Below are positions 39,351 through 48,441 of a stretch of DNA of 64,000 bases, one piece after another (the stretch's first letter is position 1; every line of letters begins with the position of its first letter). Made by a program: the position numbers and the translations under genes. Origin of the DNA: Deltaproteobacteria bacterium (GTDB taxonomy: Bacteria > Desulfobacterota > GWC2-55-46); NCBI GenBank assembly GCA_016177845.1, contig JACOUO010000014.1:187005-251004 (forward strand). Reading direction: 5' to 3'. Under the pieces are notes generated by a model. That model was given only the letters and a program-made list of their open reading frames with translations, searched no databases and had not been told where the DNA came from.

Positions 39351-39992
39351 TTACAAAATACCTCCCGTAAGAAGACCCACTAATAGAAATACTATCGGTG
39401 AGATGAACTTGTTCAGAACTCCTGAGACTATAAGGACCAAAAGTATTATGAAGCCGTATTGTTCAAGTCTTGCGTATGCGAATGCCTTTGCCGGGGGAAG
39501 CAGGTTTGCCAAAACCTTGCTGCCGTCAAGCGGAGGCACAGGCACAAGATTAAATACCGCAAGCGAGACATTCATCAGCACGCTGTACTCTATCATCACG
39601 AAAAGCGGGTTATAAACACCCGGCATGCTGACGCCGAAAGTTGGCTCCGCCAATATAAAAAGCTTGTAAGCAAGCGCTGAGATGGCCGCAAGGAAAAGAT
39701 TGGCCAACGGGCCTGCAAGCGCAATCCACATGAGAGACTTTGAGATATTCTTAAGGTTTCTCGGGTTTATGGGAACGGGTTTTGCCCATCCGAATAAGCC
39801 TGAGAAGAAGAGCATCAAAGTACCTACAAGGTCAAGGTGCTTTAAAGGGTTTAAACTAACCCTGCCGAGCATCTTTGCCGTGGGGTCTCCAAGCCTGTAC
39901 GCTACCCATGCATGCGCGCACTCATGAATGGTAAGGGCGAGCAGAATAGGGGGCGCTGTCAGAAGCAATCTTTGGAAATACTCTTGGAACAT
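39351..39992 (-). CDS. site-2 protease family (M50-like) membrane metalloprotease
   Basis: HExxH in a TM helix (LTIHECAHAW) and multiple TM segments. Confidence 0.75.
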   Translation of the reverse strand: MFQEYFQRLLLTAPPILLALTIHECAHAWVAYRLGDPTAKMLGRVSLNPLKHLDLVGTLMLFFSGLFGWAKPVPINPRNLKNISKSLMWIALAGPLANLFLAAISALAYKLFILAEPTFGVSMPGVYNPLFVMIEYSVLMNVSLAVFNLVPVPPLDGSKVLANLLPPAKAFAYARLEQYGFIILLVLIVSGVLNKFISPIVFLLVGLLTGGIL

Positions 39993-40179
39993 AATAATAC
40001 ACCTATAACTTTTAAGTTTATCAGATAGTTCACCGCAAGGTCAACGCAAATCTTGGAGGGGTAAATTGGCGTTTAATAATTAATATATACAGGGATTTTC
40101 ATTGTAGAGGGAAAGTGAAAAGGTGATTTAAAAGTGGTTTTGAGGAGAAAATGTGAGATTTAATGAGGTAAAAACTAAG

Positions 40180-40740
40180 CTCCCCTCCCTTGATGGGAGG
40201 GGATAAAGGGGAGGGTGAAAGTGAAAAAACCTCACTCCAGCCCTCTCTCTCGTCAGTCGTCATTCCCGAATGTCTCTATCGGGAATCTACTTAAAAATAC
40301 TGGATTCCCGCTTTCGCGGGAATGACAGATTATGGAATAATCTATCTGTGAGAACAGAGCGAAGCAATCTATTTTCTTCACCTCCTGCGCCATCGGGGGT
40401 TTTAAGAACAAAAACTAAATTCTTTTATTCTGATTTTAGATCTTGTCTTGTTTTTAAAACACCACACCAAGGGGCATTGCGTAGAGAGCATAAAGGAGAG
40501 GAAGAGAGCGGGAATTAGTATCTGTTAGCGAACGGAGTCCAATGCCCCGAGGAGCGAACCCGCTGTTCGCAAAAGTAAAATAGCAGAAGCGTTAATAGGC
40601 AGAGGAGTTGATGAGTTTGCTTCTCGCAACTGGCCAAGCAGTCGTCATTGCGTACTTGAAGTAATCTGTCTTTGCTGGGAGGAAATAAAGGGGAGGGTGA
40701 TGCAGTCAGTGCAGGGATTTCAGCCCTGAGCAACCCGCTT
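40180..40740. repeat. mosaic intergenic repeat block
   Basis: Module E at 40185-40230 and 40670-40710. Module A pair at 40255-40330 (gtcattcccgaatgtctctatcgggaatctacttaaaaatactggattcccgctttcgcgggaatgac). Module F and module B in reverse complement at 40455-40585. Confidence 0.85.
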
Positions 40741-43383
40741 TTATTTAGCCTTCTTCTCAGCCTTCCTGTTTTTTTTCCATTTTACGTAAGTCTTTACAAA
40801 CTCCTCTTCGTCTTCCTTTGTATGTATCTCCCCATCAAGCCGCTTTTTAAAAAGCGTTCTGAATATCTCTCCCATGATAGGGCCTTCTTCAATCCCAAGC
40901 TTTTTTAAGTCCGCTCCCTTTAGCATTGTCTCAGTGTATCTCAGCTTCGCTATGAAAATTGAAAGCGCCTTTTTCACATTCTCATTCTGAGTACGGGCAA
41001 GGAGGTAGATATGGATTTCAAGGGGCAGAGGCTTGAGCAGTTCATAGATATCGCTGTTCTTTTTTACCATCCCTGAATTCAGGCGGTTCAATGCCTTGAT
41101 GCCGTCAATCCTTGAATTAAGGACGAAGAGCCTCTTTTTACCTGATATCAGAAGCCTTTTTACAAGCGAGCTTAGCTCGGATTCCGTCAGCGGGTCAGTT
41201 AGCGCGAGGAACAAGACAAGCCATTCCTCGACAGGCTCTCCCGTAAACAGGAGCTTGTACCATGTAAGCGCCTCTTTTGCCCTTTCAAAGAAAAGCTCAC
41301 GGTCAATATCCCATGTGATGCTTTTGTGAATGAGCTTAAGGAGGCCAAGCTCATTGAGTTTCCTGATGGATTTGACGGCAGTCTCTTCTTCAAGGATATT
41401 TTTAAGCTCTTCAAACAGCCTTGCGCCTGAAAGCTGTCTGAAAGAATCAAGCTTTACAGAGTTTTTGATAAGGTTTAAGGTATGCTTTCCTATCCTGAAA
41501 TCAAACTTCTCGGAGAACCTTACTGCCCTGAGCATCCTTGTGGGGTCTTCGACAAAGCTTAAATTATGAAGCACCCGTATGGTCTTTTCCTTTAAATCCT
41601 TCTGCGCCCCGAAAAAGTCTATAAGCTCTCCGAAGCCTTCGGGGTTAAGGGCTATCGCAAGGGTATTTATGATGAAATCGCGCCTGTAGAGGTCGAGCTT
41701 CAGTGACGACTGCTCAATGGTAGGCAGCGCGCCCGGCTTTTCATAGTATTCGAGGCGTGCCGTGGCGATATCTATCTTAAACCCGTCCGGGAATATGAGT
41801 ACAGCTGTCCTGAACCTGTGGTGCGGGCGTACCCGAAGTTCCCTTCTCTTGGCAAACTCATGGGCAAATACTATCCCGTCCCCGCCTTCTATCACTATAT
41901 CAATATCGAGGTTATCCCTTCTTAATATTAAATCCCTTACAAATCCGCCTACGGCGTATGCCTTACAGCCAAGCTCTTCGGCAATCTCCCCGGCCTCTTT
42001 GAGTATCTCGATTACCCATTCAGGCAGCCTCTCCTTCATGTGCTTTGAGAGGTATCTTACTTTTTTCGGCGCTCCTTCTGTGCTTTCCCTCAACTCATCC
42101 TGCAATAGCTTGAGCAAATCCGTTCTTGTGATTACGCCGACAACCTTTTTATCTCTTATGACAGGCAGCAGCCTCTGGCCGTGCCCGATTACCTTTTCCC
42201 GTATCTCATCAATGGATGTGTCCGCATTTACCCATTCGACCTCTGTTGTCATGTAATCGCTTACAGGGGCTGAGCCAAGCCCGTGATAGACTGCCTTATC
42301 GCAGACCTGCCTTGTGATTACCCCGTGTATCTCGCTGTCCTCTACAACGGGAGCGGCGTTTATATTGTACCTTCTCATAAGGTCAACCGCCTGCCTGAGC
42401 GTTGTAGCGGCAGGCACAGTTATGGGAGGATAAGACATTATGTCGGAGGCGTTTCTCCTTGGGGCGATTGTCTTTCGTAAGATAGAGAGTAGCTTTTCCT
42501 TTGCCTCGATAAGGGTTACTCCCTTAAGGGTGGCTGATGCGGCGTTAGGGTGCCCTCCGCCTCCGATTGCGCGCGCCACCTTGCCAACATCTACTTCAGG
42601 GGTCTTTGAGCGCGCTATCAGGTGCACCCTGTCCTCAGAGTCCACAAGCAGGAAAAGGCAGTTCATGCCCTCGATGTCCCGTATCTTATGCGCAAGGATG
42701 GAAATATCACCCACATATCTTTCAATATATCCTTCAGCTATTACAACTTCCACTCCTCCGATGATGTACTTTGTCTCTGAGTGGAGAAAATCATTGAGCA
42801 GTGAGACTTCCTCAGGGGTAAGCTCTTTTCTTAAAAGGTCCGATACAACGGTTAAGTTCGCGCCGTTTGAAAGGAGAAATGCCGCGGCCTCGTAGTCTTT
42901 TACTGTTGTTCCCGGATAGGTTAGAAAACCGGTATCTTCATATATGCCTGCCATCAGTATCGTTGCTTCATCCGGGGTAAGGCTTAACCCTCTGTCTCTG
43001 ATAACAAGCGTAAGCACGGAGGTACACGCCCCGTAAGGCGCAATGACCTCAACTGAGCCCTTCACCACATCGCCTGTAGAGGGATGGTGGTCGTAGATGT
43101 GGATATCGATATCTTTTTTGCAGACCGCTTCGGCAAAGGGGCCGATTCTGCCAGGATGTCTTGCGTCAACGAGAATGAGCCTCTTGATTTTTTTGATGTC
43201 TATATCCTTGATGCGGTCAAATTTAAAAGGGAGTTTCACGCTTCCGCTGTCAATTGCCTCCTTAAGTGTCTTTTCAAGAGAGCCTGAAAAAACGAGACGG
43301 GCCTGCGGATAAAGCTTTTTTGCGGCAATCATGGACGCGAATGTATCAAAATCCGCGTTTGTATGAGATGTAATGACTTCCAT
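40741..43383 (-). CDS. multidomain protein: DHH-DHHA1 phosphoesterase + tandem CBS + CCA/poly(A) polymerase-type nucleotidyltransferase + HD domain
   Basis: N-terminal DHH motifs (HTNADFDTFASM ... DHH), two CBS domains, the polymerase-beta-type head GGFVRDLILRRDNLDIDIV with the tRNA-NT core, and a C-terminal HD-like region. 880 aa. Confidence 0.8.
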   Translation of the reverse strand: MEVITSHTNADFDTFASMIAAKKLYPQARLVFSGSLEKTLKEAIDSGSVKLPFKFDRIKDIDIKKIKRLILVDARHPGRIGPFAEAVCKKDIDIHIYDHHPSTGDVVKGSVEVIAPYGACTSVLTLVIRDRGLSLTPDEATILMAGIYEDTGFLTYPGTTVKDYEAAAFLLSNGANLTVVSDLLRKELTPEEVSLLNDFLHSETKYIIGGVEVVIAEGYIERYVGDISILAHKIRDIEGMNCLFLLVDSEDRVHLIARSKTPEVDVGKVARAIGGGGHPNAASATLKGVTLIEAKEKLLSILRKTIAPRRNASDIMSYPPITVPAATTLRQAVDLMRRYNINAAPVVEDSEIHGVITRQVCDKAVYHGLGSAPVSDYMTTEVEWVNADTSIDEIREKVIGHGQRLLPVIRDKKVVGVITRTDLLKLLQDELRESTEGAPKKVRYLSKHMKERLPEWVIEILKEAGEIAEELGCKAYAVGGFVRDLILRRDNLDIDIVIEGGDGIVFAHEFAKRRELRVRPHHRFRTAVLIFPDGFKIDIATARLEYYEKPGALPTIEQSSLKLDLYRRDFIINTLAIALNPEGFGELIDFFGAQKDLKEKTIRVLHNLSFVEDPTRMLRAVRFSEKFDFRIGKHTLNLIKNSVKLDSFRQLSGARLFEELKNILEEETAVKSIRKLNELGLLKLIHKSITWDIDRELFFERAKEALTWYKLLFTGEPVEEWLVLFLALTDPLTESELSSLVKRLLISGKKRLFVLNSRIDGIKALNRLNSGMVKKNSDIYELLKPLPLEIHIYLLARTQNENVKKALSIFIAKLRYTETMLKGADLKKLGIEEGPIMGEIFRTLFKKRLDGEIHTKEDEEEFVKTYVKWKKNRKAEKKAK

Positions 43384-43496
43384 AAATGGATATTAGCATA
43401 CTTATGAAATTGTTACAAAGTATTAGGATATATAGATTTTTTTTGTTACAATTGAATTTATATTTTTTTTGAATATCAAAGTGTTGGTTCTTAAAA

Positions 43497-44366
43497 ATGA
43501 GTATGAAATCTGAATCCATTACAATTAATTCTTTTAATGAATATATTGACATTGTTAATCGGTCAATGGGGAATATTTGTTTATTCCGGGGGCAAGTAGA
43601 AGATTTAGAATTACTTCCAAAAATAGCAAGACCTGAATGTATCGGTCTTTTTCAAAACCAAAGATTTATAGAGTCTTGGAAAAAAACAATTCCGGCTTTG
43701 CCGTCTAAAGATCTAAGTAACTTATTAAATGACGAAGAGCTTCCGATAACTAAACCAACTAAAGAAATGAAAAAATATCAGAAAGATTTTCTGTTATTTG
43801 AAATGAAAATGTTTTCAGAATTCTGCAGAGCATCAATTCCATATTTAAATGGTAAAATACCAAATGGTAAGTGGGAATGGCTCACATTAGCACAACACCA
43901 TGGTTTGCCAACTCGATTATTAGATTGGACGAAAAACCCCTTAATAGCATTATGGTTTGCAGTGCAGGACTCTTCAAAAATGTCTGAAGCTGAACAAAAA
44001 AGGTCTTCAACTTATGGTGTTGTTTGGCAATTCAATCCCAAAAATTCAGATTTTTTAAACACGTTGAAAGATAAAACTCCATTTTCATTAAAAAGAACAA
44101 AAATTTTTGAGCCAAATCATATATCACAGAGAATTGTCGCTCAATCCGCTTGTTTTACAGCACATAAATACTTAAATGATCGTGGTTTTATTTCTCTTAT
44201 TAGAAACAAATTCTATAAAGATAGATTATTTAAAATTATTATACCTTATAATAGATTTCCTATTTTAAAAAAGAGCCTTTCACATTTCGGCATAAATTCT
44301 GCTACACTTTTCGCCGATTTAGACAATCTTTGTAGAAATATTATTGAAGTGTACACTCCTGAATAG
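43497..44366 (+). CDS. FRG-domain protein, in an AT-rich island
   Basis: Contains the FRG-domain pattern GNICLFRGQ...LLP plus downstream WEWLTLAQHHGLPTRLLDWT (the Phe-Arg-Gly motif region). Local GC is about 32-35% versus ~48% in the flanks. Confidence 0.7.
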   Translation: MSMKSESITINSFNEYIDIVNRSMGNICLFRGQVEDLELLPKIARPECIGLFQNQRFIESWKKTIPALPSKDLSNLLNDEELPITKPTKEMKKYQKDFLLFEMKMFSEFCRASIPYLNGKIPNGKWEWLTLAQHHGLPTRLLDWTKNPLIALWFAVQDSSKMSEAEQKRSSTYGVVWQFNPKNSDFLNTLKDKTPFSLKRTKIFEPNHISQRIVAQSACFTAHKYLNDRGFISLIRNKFYKDRLFKIIIPYNRFPILKKSLSHFGINSATLFADLDNLCRNIIEVYTPE

Positions 44367-44374
44367 CCTCTAAT

Positions 44375-44620
44375 CTAATCTTTTTGCGAACTGGGTTCGC
44401 TCCTCGGGGTATTGGCTCCCGGCTACCGAGTTCGTTCTCTAATCAAGCCGTCATTCCCGACTGTCTCTATCGGGAATCGAGTATTGTAGTATTTTAGTAT
44501 TGTAGAGTGGGCTGTGCCACCAAATGTTCTTATAAAAGAGCGTTGTTGCTAAAAACAAGACAGAATACAAAATATTTCCCTCCTTTATCGGGATGATAAA
44601 GGGAAGGGTGAAAAGTGAAA
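44375..44620. repeat. mosaic intergenic repeat block
   Basis: Module B (44385-44440), module A (44440-44480), a module-D-like palindrome (44500-44520) and module E (44575-44615). Confidence 0.8.
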
Positions 44621-44640
44621 ACTGCCTCTCTCCCGCTGAA

Positions 44641-44676
44641 ATAAAAAAAGGGCAGACAGCTTTCGCTGTCTGCCCT
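44641..44676 (-). terminator. rho-independent terminator at the 3' end of the cytochrome locus
   Basis: On the minus strand: GGGCAGACAGCgaaaGCTGTCTGCCC followed by tttttttat. Confidence 0.75.
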
Positions 44677-44690
44677 TTAAACGGTTCAAG

Positions 44691-45548
44691 TTATTTTGAT
44701 ATGGTCTTTACTTCCGCTTTTGTCTTATCCGCTGCCTTTTCATCCTTCGGCTCCTCTATCTTGGGAGCAGGCTGTGAATGGCATCTGAAGCAGTCATCGA
44801 GCGGGAAGGCCACTTTAACATGGCATGTTCCGCAGTACTGGCCTGAGATAATCTTTATCATGTTCATCTCAGGGTTCCCGCCCTTCTGCTGCTTGAATAT
44901 GGAGGTGTGACAGGTCTCACAGTTCATCTGCTCTGTGTGCGCTTTATGGGGGAAGAGCACATCAGGCGGATGTGGCGTGAACTTTGTAACAGGGATAACT
45001 ACATCCATATCAAGGGCGTCAAGCGTTCCTTTGCCATCAGGCGAGGCCGCAGGTTTTATCTTACCTTCCCTTACAGCCTTTACCCAGTCGACCTTGTTGC
45101 CGAAGTGGTCTTTTGGAAGGTCCTTTAAGGAATCGTCAATATTGCTGTTCCCGGCGTTCTGCGCTCCGTATGAGTGGCAGCGTTTGCAGTTGCTGACAGG
45201 GAATGATGTTGTGCCGTTATGGCATGATCCGCAGTATTTGCCTGATTCTATATCAGCCTGTGTAACCCCGGTGGCATTTGGCTTCATCGCGAAGCCAAGG
45301 TCAGTATGGCAGGCCTTGCAGGTGTATTTGGCCCTGTGTGCCCAATGAGGAAAGAGCACAGGCTCAATTGTTTTTGAACTTCTGGTGTTTTTATCCATCA
45401 GCACAGTACCATGTGAGCCGGGCGCCTTGACTTTTTTCAGGTCAGTTTCCCATGTATTACCCTGCGCGTTTACTCCCTGGTAAAAGAAAAGGCCTGTGAC
45501 AAAGGCCGTTGATAATATGGCCAGACGCTTGAAAATTTTACTACGCAC
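44691..45548 (-). CDS. hexaheme c-type cytochrome: two tandem triheme cytochrome c7-like domains, membrane-anchored
   Basis: Six CxxCH motifs (CKACH, CGSCH, CKRCH, CETCH, CGTCH, CFRCH). Two c7-type FPHxAH motifs (LFPHWAHRAKYTCKACH, LFPHKAHTEQMNCETCH). GTG start at 45548 with a GGAGG RBS. An in-frame ATG at 45626 would overlap the upstream gene. Confidence 0.8.
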   Translation of the reverse strand: MRSKIFKRLAILSTAFVTGLFFYQGVNAQGNTWETDLKKVKAPGSHGTVLMDKNTRSSKTIEPVLFPHWAHRAKYTCKACHTDLGFAMKPNATGVTQADIESGKYCGSCHNGTTSFPVSNCKRCHSYGAQNAGNSNIDDSLKDLPKDHFGNKVDWVKAVREGKIKPAASPDGKGTLDALDMDVVIPVTKFTPHPPDVLFPHKAHTEQMNCETCHTSIFKQQKGGNPEMNMIKIISGQYCGTCHVKVAFPLDDCFRCHSQPAPKIEEPKDEKAADKTKAEVKTISK

Positions 45549-45598
45549 TTTAGACCTCCGTTTTAAAACTGACTTCAATTGACTCAATTGCTTTATTA

Positions 45599-46072
45599 TT
45601 AATAGCCGACATGGCATGAGGCGCATAATCTGAGGTAATCCACCCTTAACATCTTGGGATATCTGGACTTGTTGTGCGGGTCATGGCATGTATAGCAGAC
45701 CATCTCTCCGTCATCGGTTAAAGGCAGTTTAGCCGGAATTTTAATCTTGGGCATCTTGCCGATAGGATGCCTGGTAACCGGATGATTGGTCATATTCCCC
45801 GGATGGCATTTGGCGCATGTCGTAACCGGGTCAAAGCTGAGCCTCGGGGGCTCGCTCCCATGGCAGACTGAACAGGTGCTGTCATCATAATAGTTATGAG
45901 GATTGGCGCTTACCTGTCCCTCTTCTTCGGAATAAGCTGTTCCCGGATTTGTGATTCCGAGAACGGGCAAAAAGATAAGAAGTGCAAGAATAAGAATCGG
46001 GTTTATCAGGGCGCCTCTCCAATGGAACCGTTTTTTAAAAATTCTTTTACCTGAGGATTTATTCGGGTCCAT
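45599..46072 (-). CDS. tetraheme c-type cytochrome, N-terminal membrane anchor
   Basis: Four CxxCH motifs (CSVCH, CAKCH, CYTCHDPHN, CASCH) and a TM helix at residues ~20-40. Confidence 0.8.
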   Translation of the reverse strand: MDPNKSSGKRIFKKRFHWRGALINPILILALLIFLPVLGITNPGTAYSEEEGQVSANPHNYYDDSTCSVCHGSEPPRLSFDPVTTCAKCHPGNMTNHPVTRHPIGKMPKIKIPAKLPLTDDGEMVCYTCHDPHNKSRYPKMLRVDYLRLCASCHVGY

Positions 46073-46174
46073 GTCTTTATGCCGTCTTAAGTTTCAGGAA
46101 GTTTTTTAAGCTAAACTCCCGATTTTTTGAATTTGCCCGAAAAAAGTACGGGCGCCCCTTCTGACAGAGCGGTA

Positions 46175-48397
46175 CTAATTTGCGCAGGTCGAAACCGTAT
46201 TGCAGTTGTAAGTTGCCGTAACTCCGATAAAGTTTGTGAAGTTATAATTGCAGACCTTATCTGTGGCCGGTGTCACGGACCTGAAGTTCATCTCTACGCC
46301 CGTAGATGTAGTGGCCCGCTTGTGTGATTCCACGCAAGCGCCGTTCATGAGCCTGTAGCCGAGCGGGTCAGAGCCCGCAAGCGCGCCTGCAGCGGCATTG
46401 CTTCCGTGAACGCCCTTCATGACATTATTTATAGAGTCATAGCTTCCGCCATGGCATGAGAGGCAGAGTATGCCGAATTTGTTGCTGTTATTGCCTGTGT
46501 TGGACCCTGCGGTATAGAAAGGCGAACTTGTGCCAAGCCCGTCAACAGGGTGCGGAACCCTTGAGAAGTTGGCGTTCGGGCCGACATAGCCTTCATCTCC
46601 GTAGACATCTCTTCTGTGGCAGTTATAGCAGAAGTTGACAAGCGAGCCTGAGCCGGTCTGGTTCTTGTTAAGTATCCACTTCTGGTCTGAACCATGCGCG
46701 CCTTTAGGGTCGGCTGTAACGCTTGAAGAATGGCAGTCAGTGCAGGTCGAGGTGCTGTCATGCGTTACATTGAAGAACCCTGTCCTCTGGCCGACACCCG
46801 GGAAGTCAACATACCTGAATGTATTTGTCAGTCCAAGGTTATTTGCAGGCCAGTTCGGATTTGCCGATACGAAAGGCTGGTTCTTGCCCTGCGCGAACAC
46901 GGGGTGGTAGCTCATGTTATTTACATTGAAGTCCGCCGTCGGGTCTGACTGCAGGACGAGCGAACCGTCCGCATTGCCTGAGGGCACGCTCGGGTTTGTA
47001 ACGCCATAAGAATAGTAGGAATGGCACTTTATGCAGAGATAACCTTCAAGGTTATCTGAGCCGGGTGTCAATGAATTGAAATCCGTTACCGTGTATGTAA
47101 GCGCCTGATTGCCTGCTGAAGGCCATGCAGAGGGCTTCACGCCCCAGCTTCCGAGCACATTCGGAGCTATGATGTTGCCATTGACGCCGCCTATGGTATG
47201 GTTGCCGGATTTTGTGGCGTGTGAGTTATGGCAATCCGCGCACTCTGCGTGCCTGTTATTGCCGAGGTTTGCCGCTGACTCCCTCGCGGGCTCGCCCGGG
47301 CTCTGCCTTGAGGCTATATGAGAGCCGTAGGTGCCTTTTATATTATGTTTGTATAAATAGCTGAACTGAGGCTCCACATCTTTTGATGTTACATTCCCGT
47401 TATGGCAGTTAAGACAGGTCCATTCCTCATCAACTGTCTGCGATGTGGCGGGGTTTATCCCTTTGAGAAGGGATTTCCCTGCTGTGCCGTTATGAGAGCG
47501 ATGGCACGCAAGGCAGCTCTGCATCTGAGGCGTATCATCTGAAAAGCCTGCTGAGCCCATGTCTTCATGCCATGGGTTTACGCCATTGCCGTTCCATGTT
47601 GCCGTAGATGTTTTATGGATTGACGGATTTGTCTCCCAGAATCTCTTTTCATGGCAGTTAAGACAGAGCACGCCGCTTTCAAGCGAGCTTACCATGAATT
47701 TGGGATAAGCTGTCCCGTGCGGGTCATGGCAGCTGGTGCACTGTATCCTTCCTGAGCTGTCAACCTTTACATTGGGCGGAAGCAGTGTGTCGGATTTTAT
47801 TTCCGGGTTTGACGGATATGCCAATGAATATTCAAATGATATAGGGTGGTCATCCTTTAAGTCCGTTCCTATGTAAGAAGTCGAGGCCGAAGTAAGCTTG
47901 CCTGCAGTGACTCCGGTGCCTGTGACAGAAAAAGTGCCTGCCAGTGTTTTACCCGGCTGATTTAGGAGTGAGCCAAGGGCGATTGTGCCGTCATGGCATG
48001 AGAGGCAAAGTTTTGATGAACCCGTGGGCTGGCCCAATGTAGGAGAGTTCGGGCTTAATGTGGCAGCCAGTGTCTGGCTTTCATATACATTATAGGTGGC
48101 TCCGGTATCCTGCTTGTTCCAGACAGGGCCTGAAGGTGCGGCATTGTGCGGTGTATGGCAGAATACGCATACTTCAGAGGTCTCTGTTGTCTTTACCGCA
48201 GCCGTAGAAAGGCTTCCGAGGTTATGCTTGGTGCCGGAAACGCTCGCCCAGAGCTGGGTGGAGGTAAATGCAATTGTAAGGCCGGCTGCCGAGACTGCCA
48301 GAGCGGCTGCCAGATGTCGTTTTGAGCAGGTACGCCTCGCAGATAAAAAAGCCTCCTTTAATTCAGAAAGGGAAGAAGGTAATTTTTTCTTTTTCAT
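46175..48397 (-). CDS. large (≥11-heme) Ser/Thr/Gly/Asn-rich multiheme c-type cytochrome, probably extracytoplasmic or cell-surface
   Basis: Eleven CxxCH motifs, many with a CxxCHxxHN extension. Low-complexity S/T/G/N-rich composition. Signal-anchor AALAVSAAGLTIAFTS. The start is taken as the ATG at 48397 (MKKKKLP). The ORF extends to a TTG at 48445. Confidence 0.8.
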   Translation of the reverse strand: MKKKKLPSSLSELKEAFLSARRTCSKRHLAAALAVSAAGLTIAFTSTQLWASVSGTKHNLGSLSTAAVKTTETSEVCVFCHTPHNAAPSGPVWNKQDTGATYNVYESQTLAATLSPNSPTLGQPTGSSKLCLSCHDGTIALGSLLNQPGKTLAGTFSVTGTGVTAGKLTSASTSYIGTDLKDDHPISFEYSLAYPSNPEIKSDTLLPPNVKVDSSGRIQCTSCHDPHGTAYPKFMVSSLESGVLCLNCHEKRFWETNPSIHKTSTATWNGNGVNPWHEDMGSAGFSDDTPQMQSCLACHRSHNGTAGKSLLKGINPATSQTVDEEWTCLNCHNGNVTSKDVEPQFSYLYKHNIKGTYGSHIASRQSPGEPARESAANLGNNRHAECADCHNSHATKSGNHTIGGVNGNIIAPNVLGSWGVKPSAWPSAGNQALTYTVTDFNSLTPGSDNLEGYLCIKCHSYYSYGVTNPSVPSGNADGSLVLQSDPTADFNVNNMSYHPVFAQGKNQPFVSANPNWPANNLGLTNTFRYVDFPGVGQRTGFFNVTHDSTSTCTDCHSSSVTADPKGAHGSDQKWILNKNQTGSGSLVNFCYNCHRRDVYGDEGYVGPNANFSRVPHPVDGLGTSSPFYTAGSNTGNNSNKFGILCLSCHGGSYDSINNVMKGVHGSNAAAGALAGSDPLGYRLMNGACVESHKRATTSTGVEMNFRSVTPATDKVCNYNFTNFIGVTATYNCNTVSTCAN

Positions 48398-48441
48398 CTT
48401 AGCACCATCCGCTGCGGCCGTATTTTTCCTGCTGGGCAATA

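Noticed and set aside
43384-44375. Prophage or integrative element around the FRG gene
   Set aside because: No integrase, transposase, tRNA attachment site or flanking direct repeats were recognised. Only a single gene shows the compositional shift.
45548-45626. Upstream ATG start (45626) for the hexaheme c7-type cytochrome
   Set aside because: It would overlap the preceding tetraheme gene by 28 nt and lacks an RBS. The GTG at 45548 has a canonical GGAGG 7 nt upstream. The longer form is not excluded.
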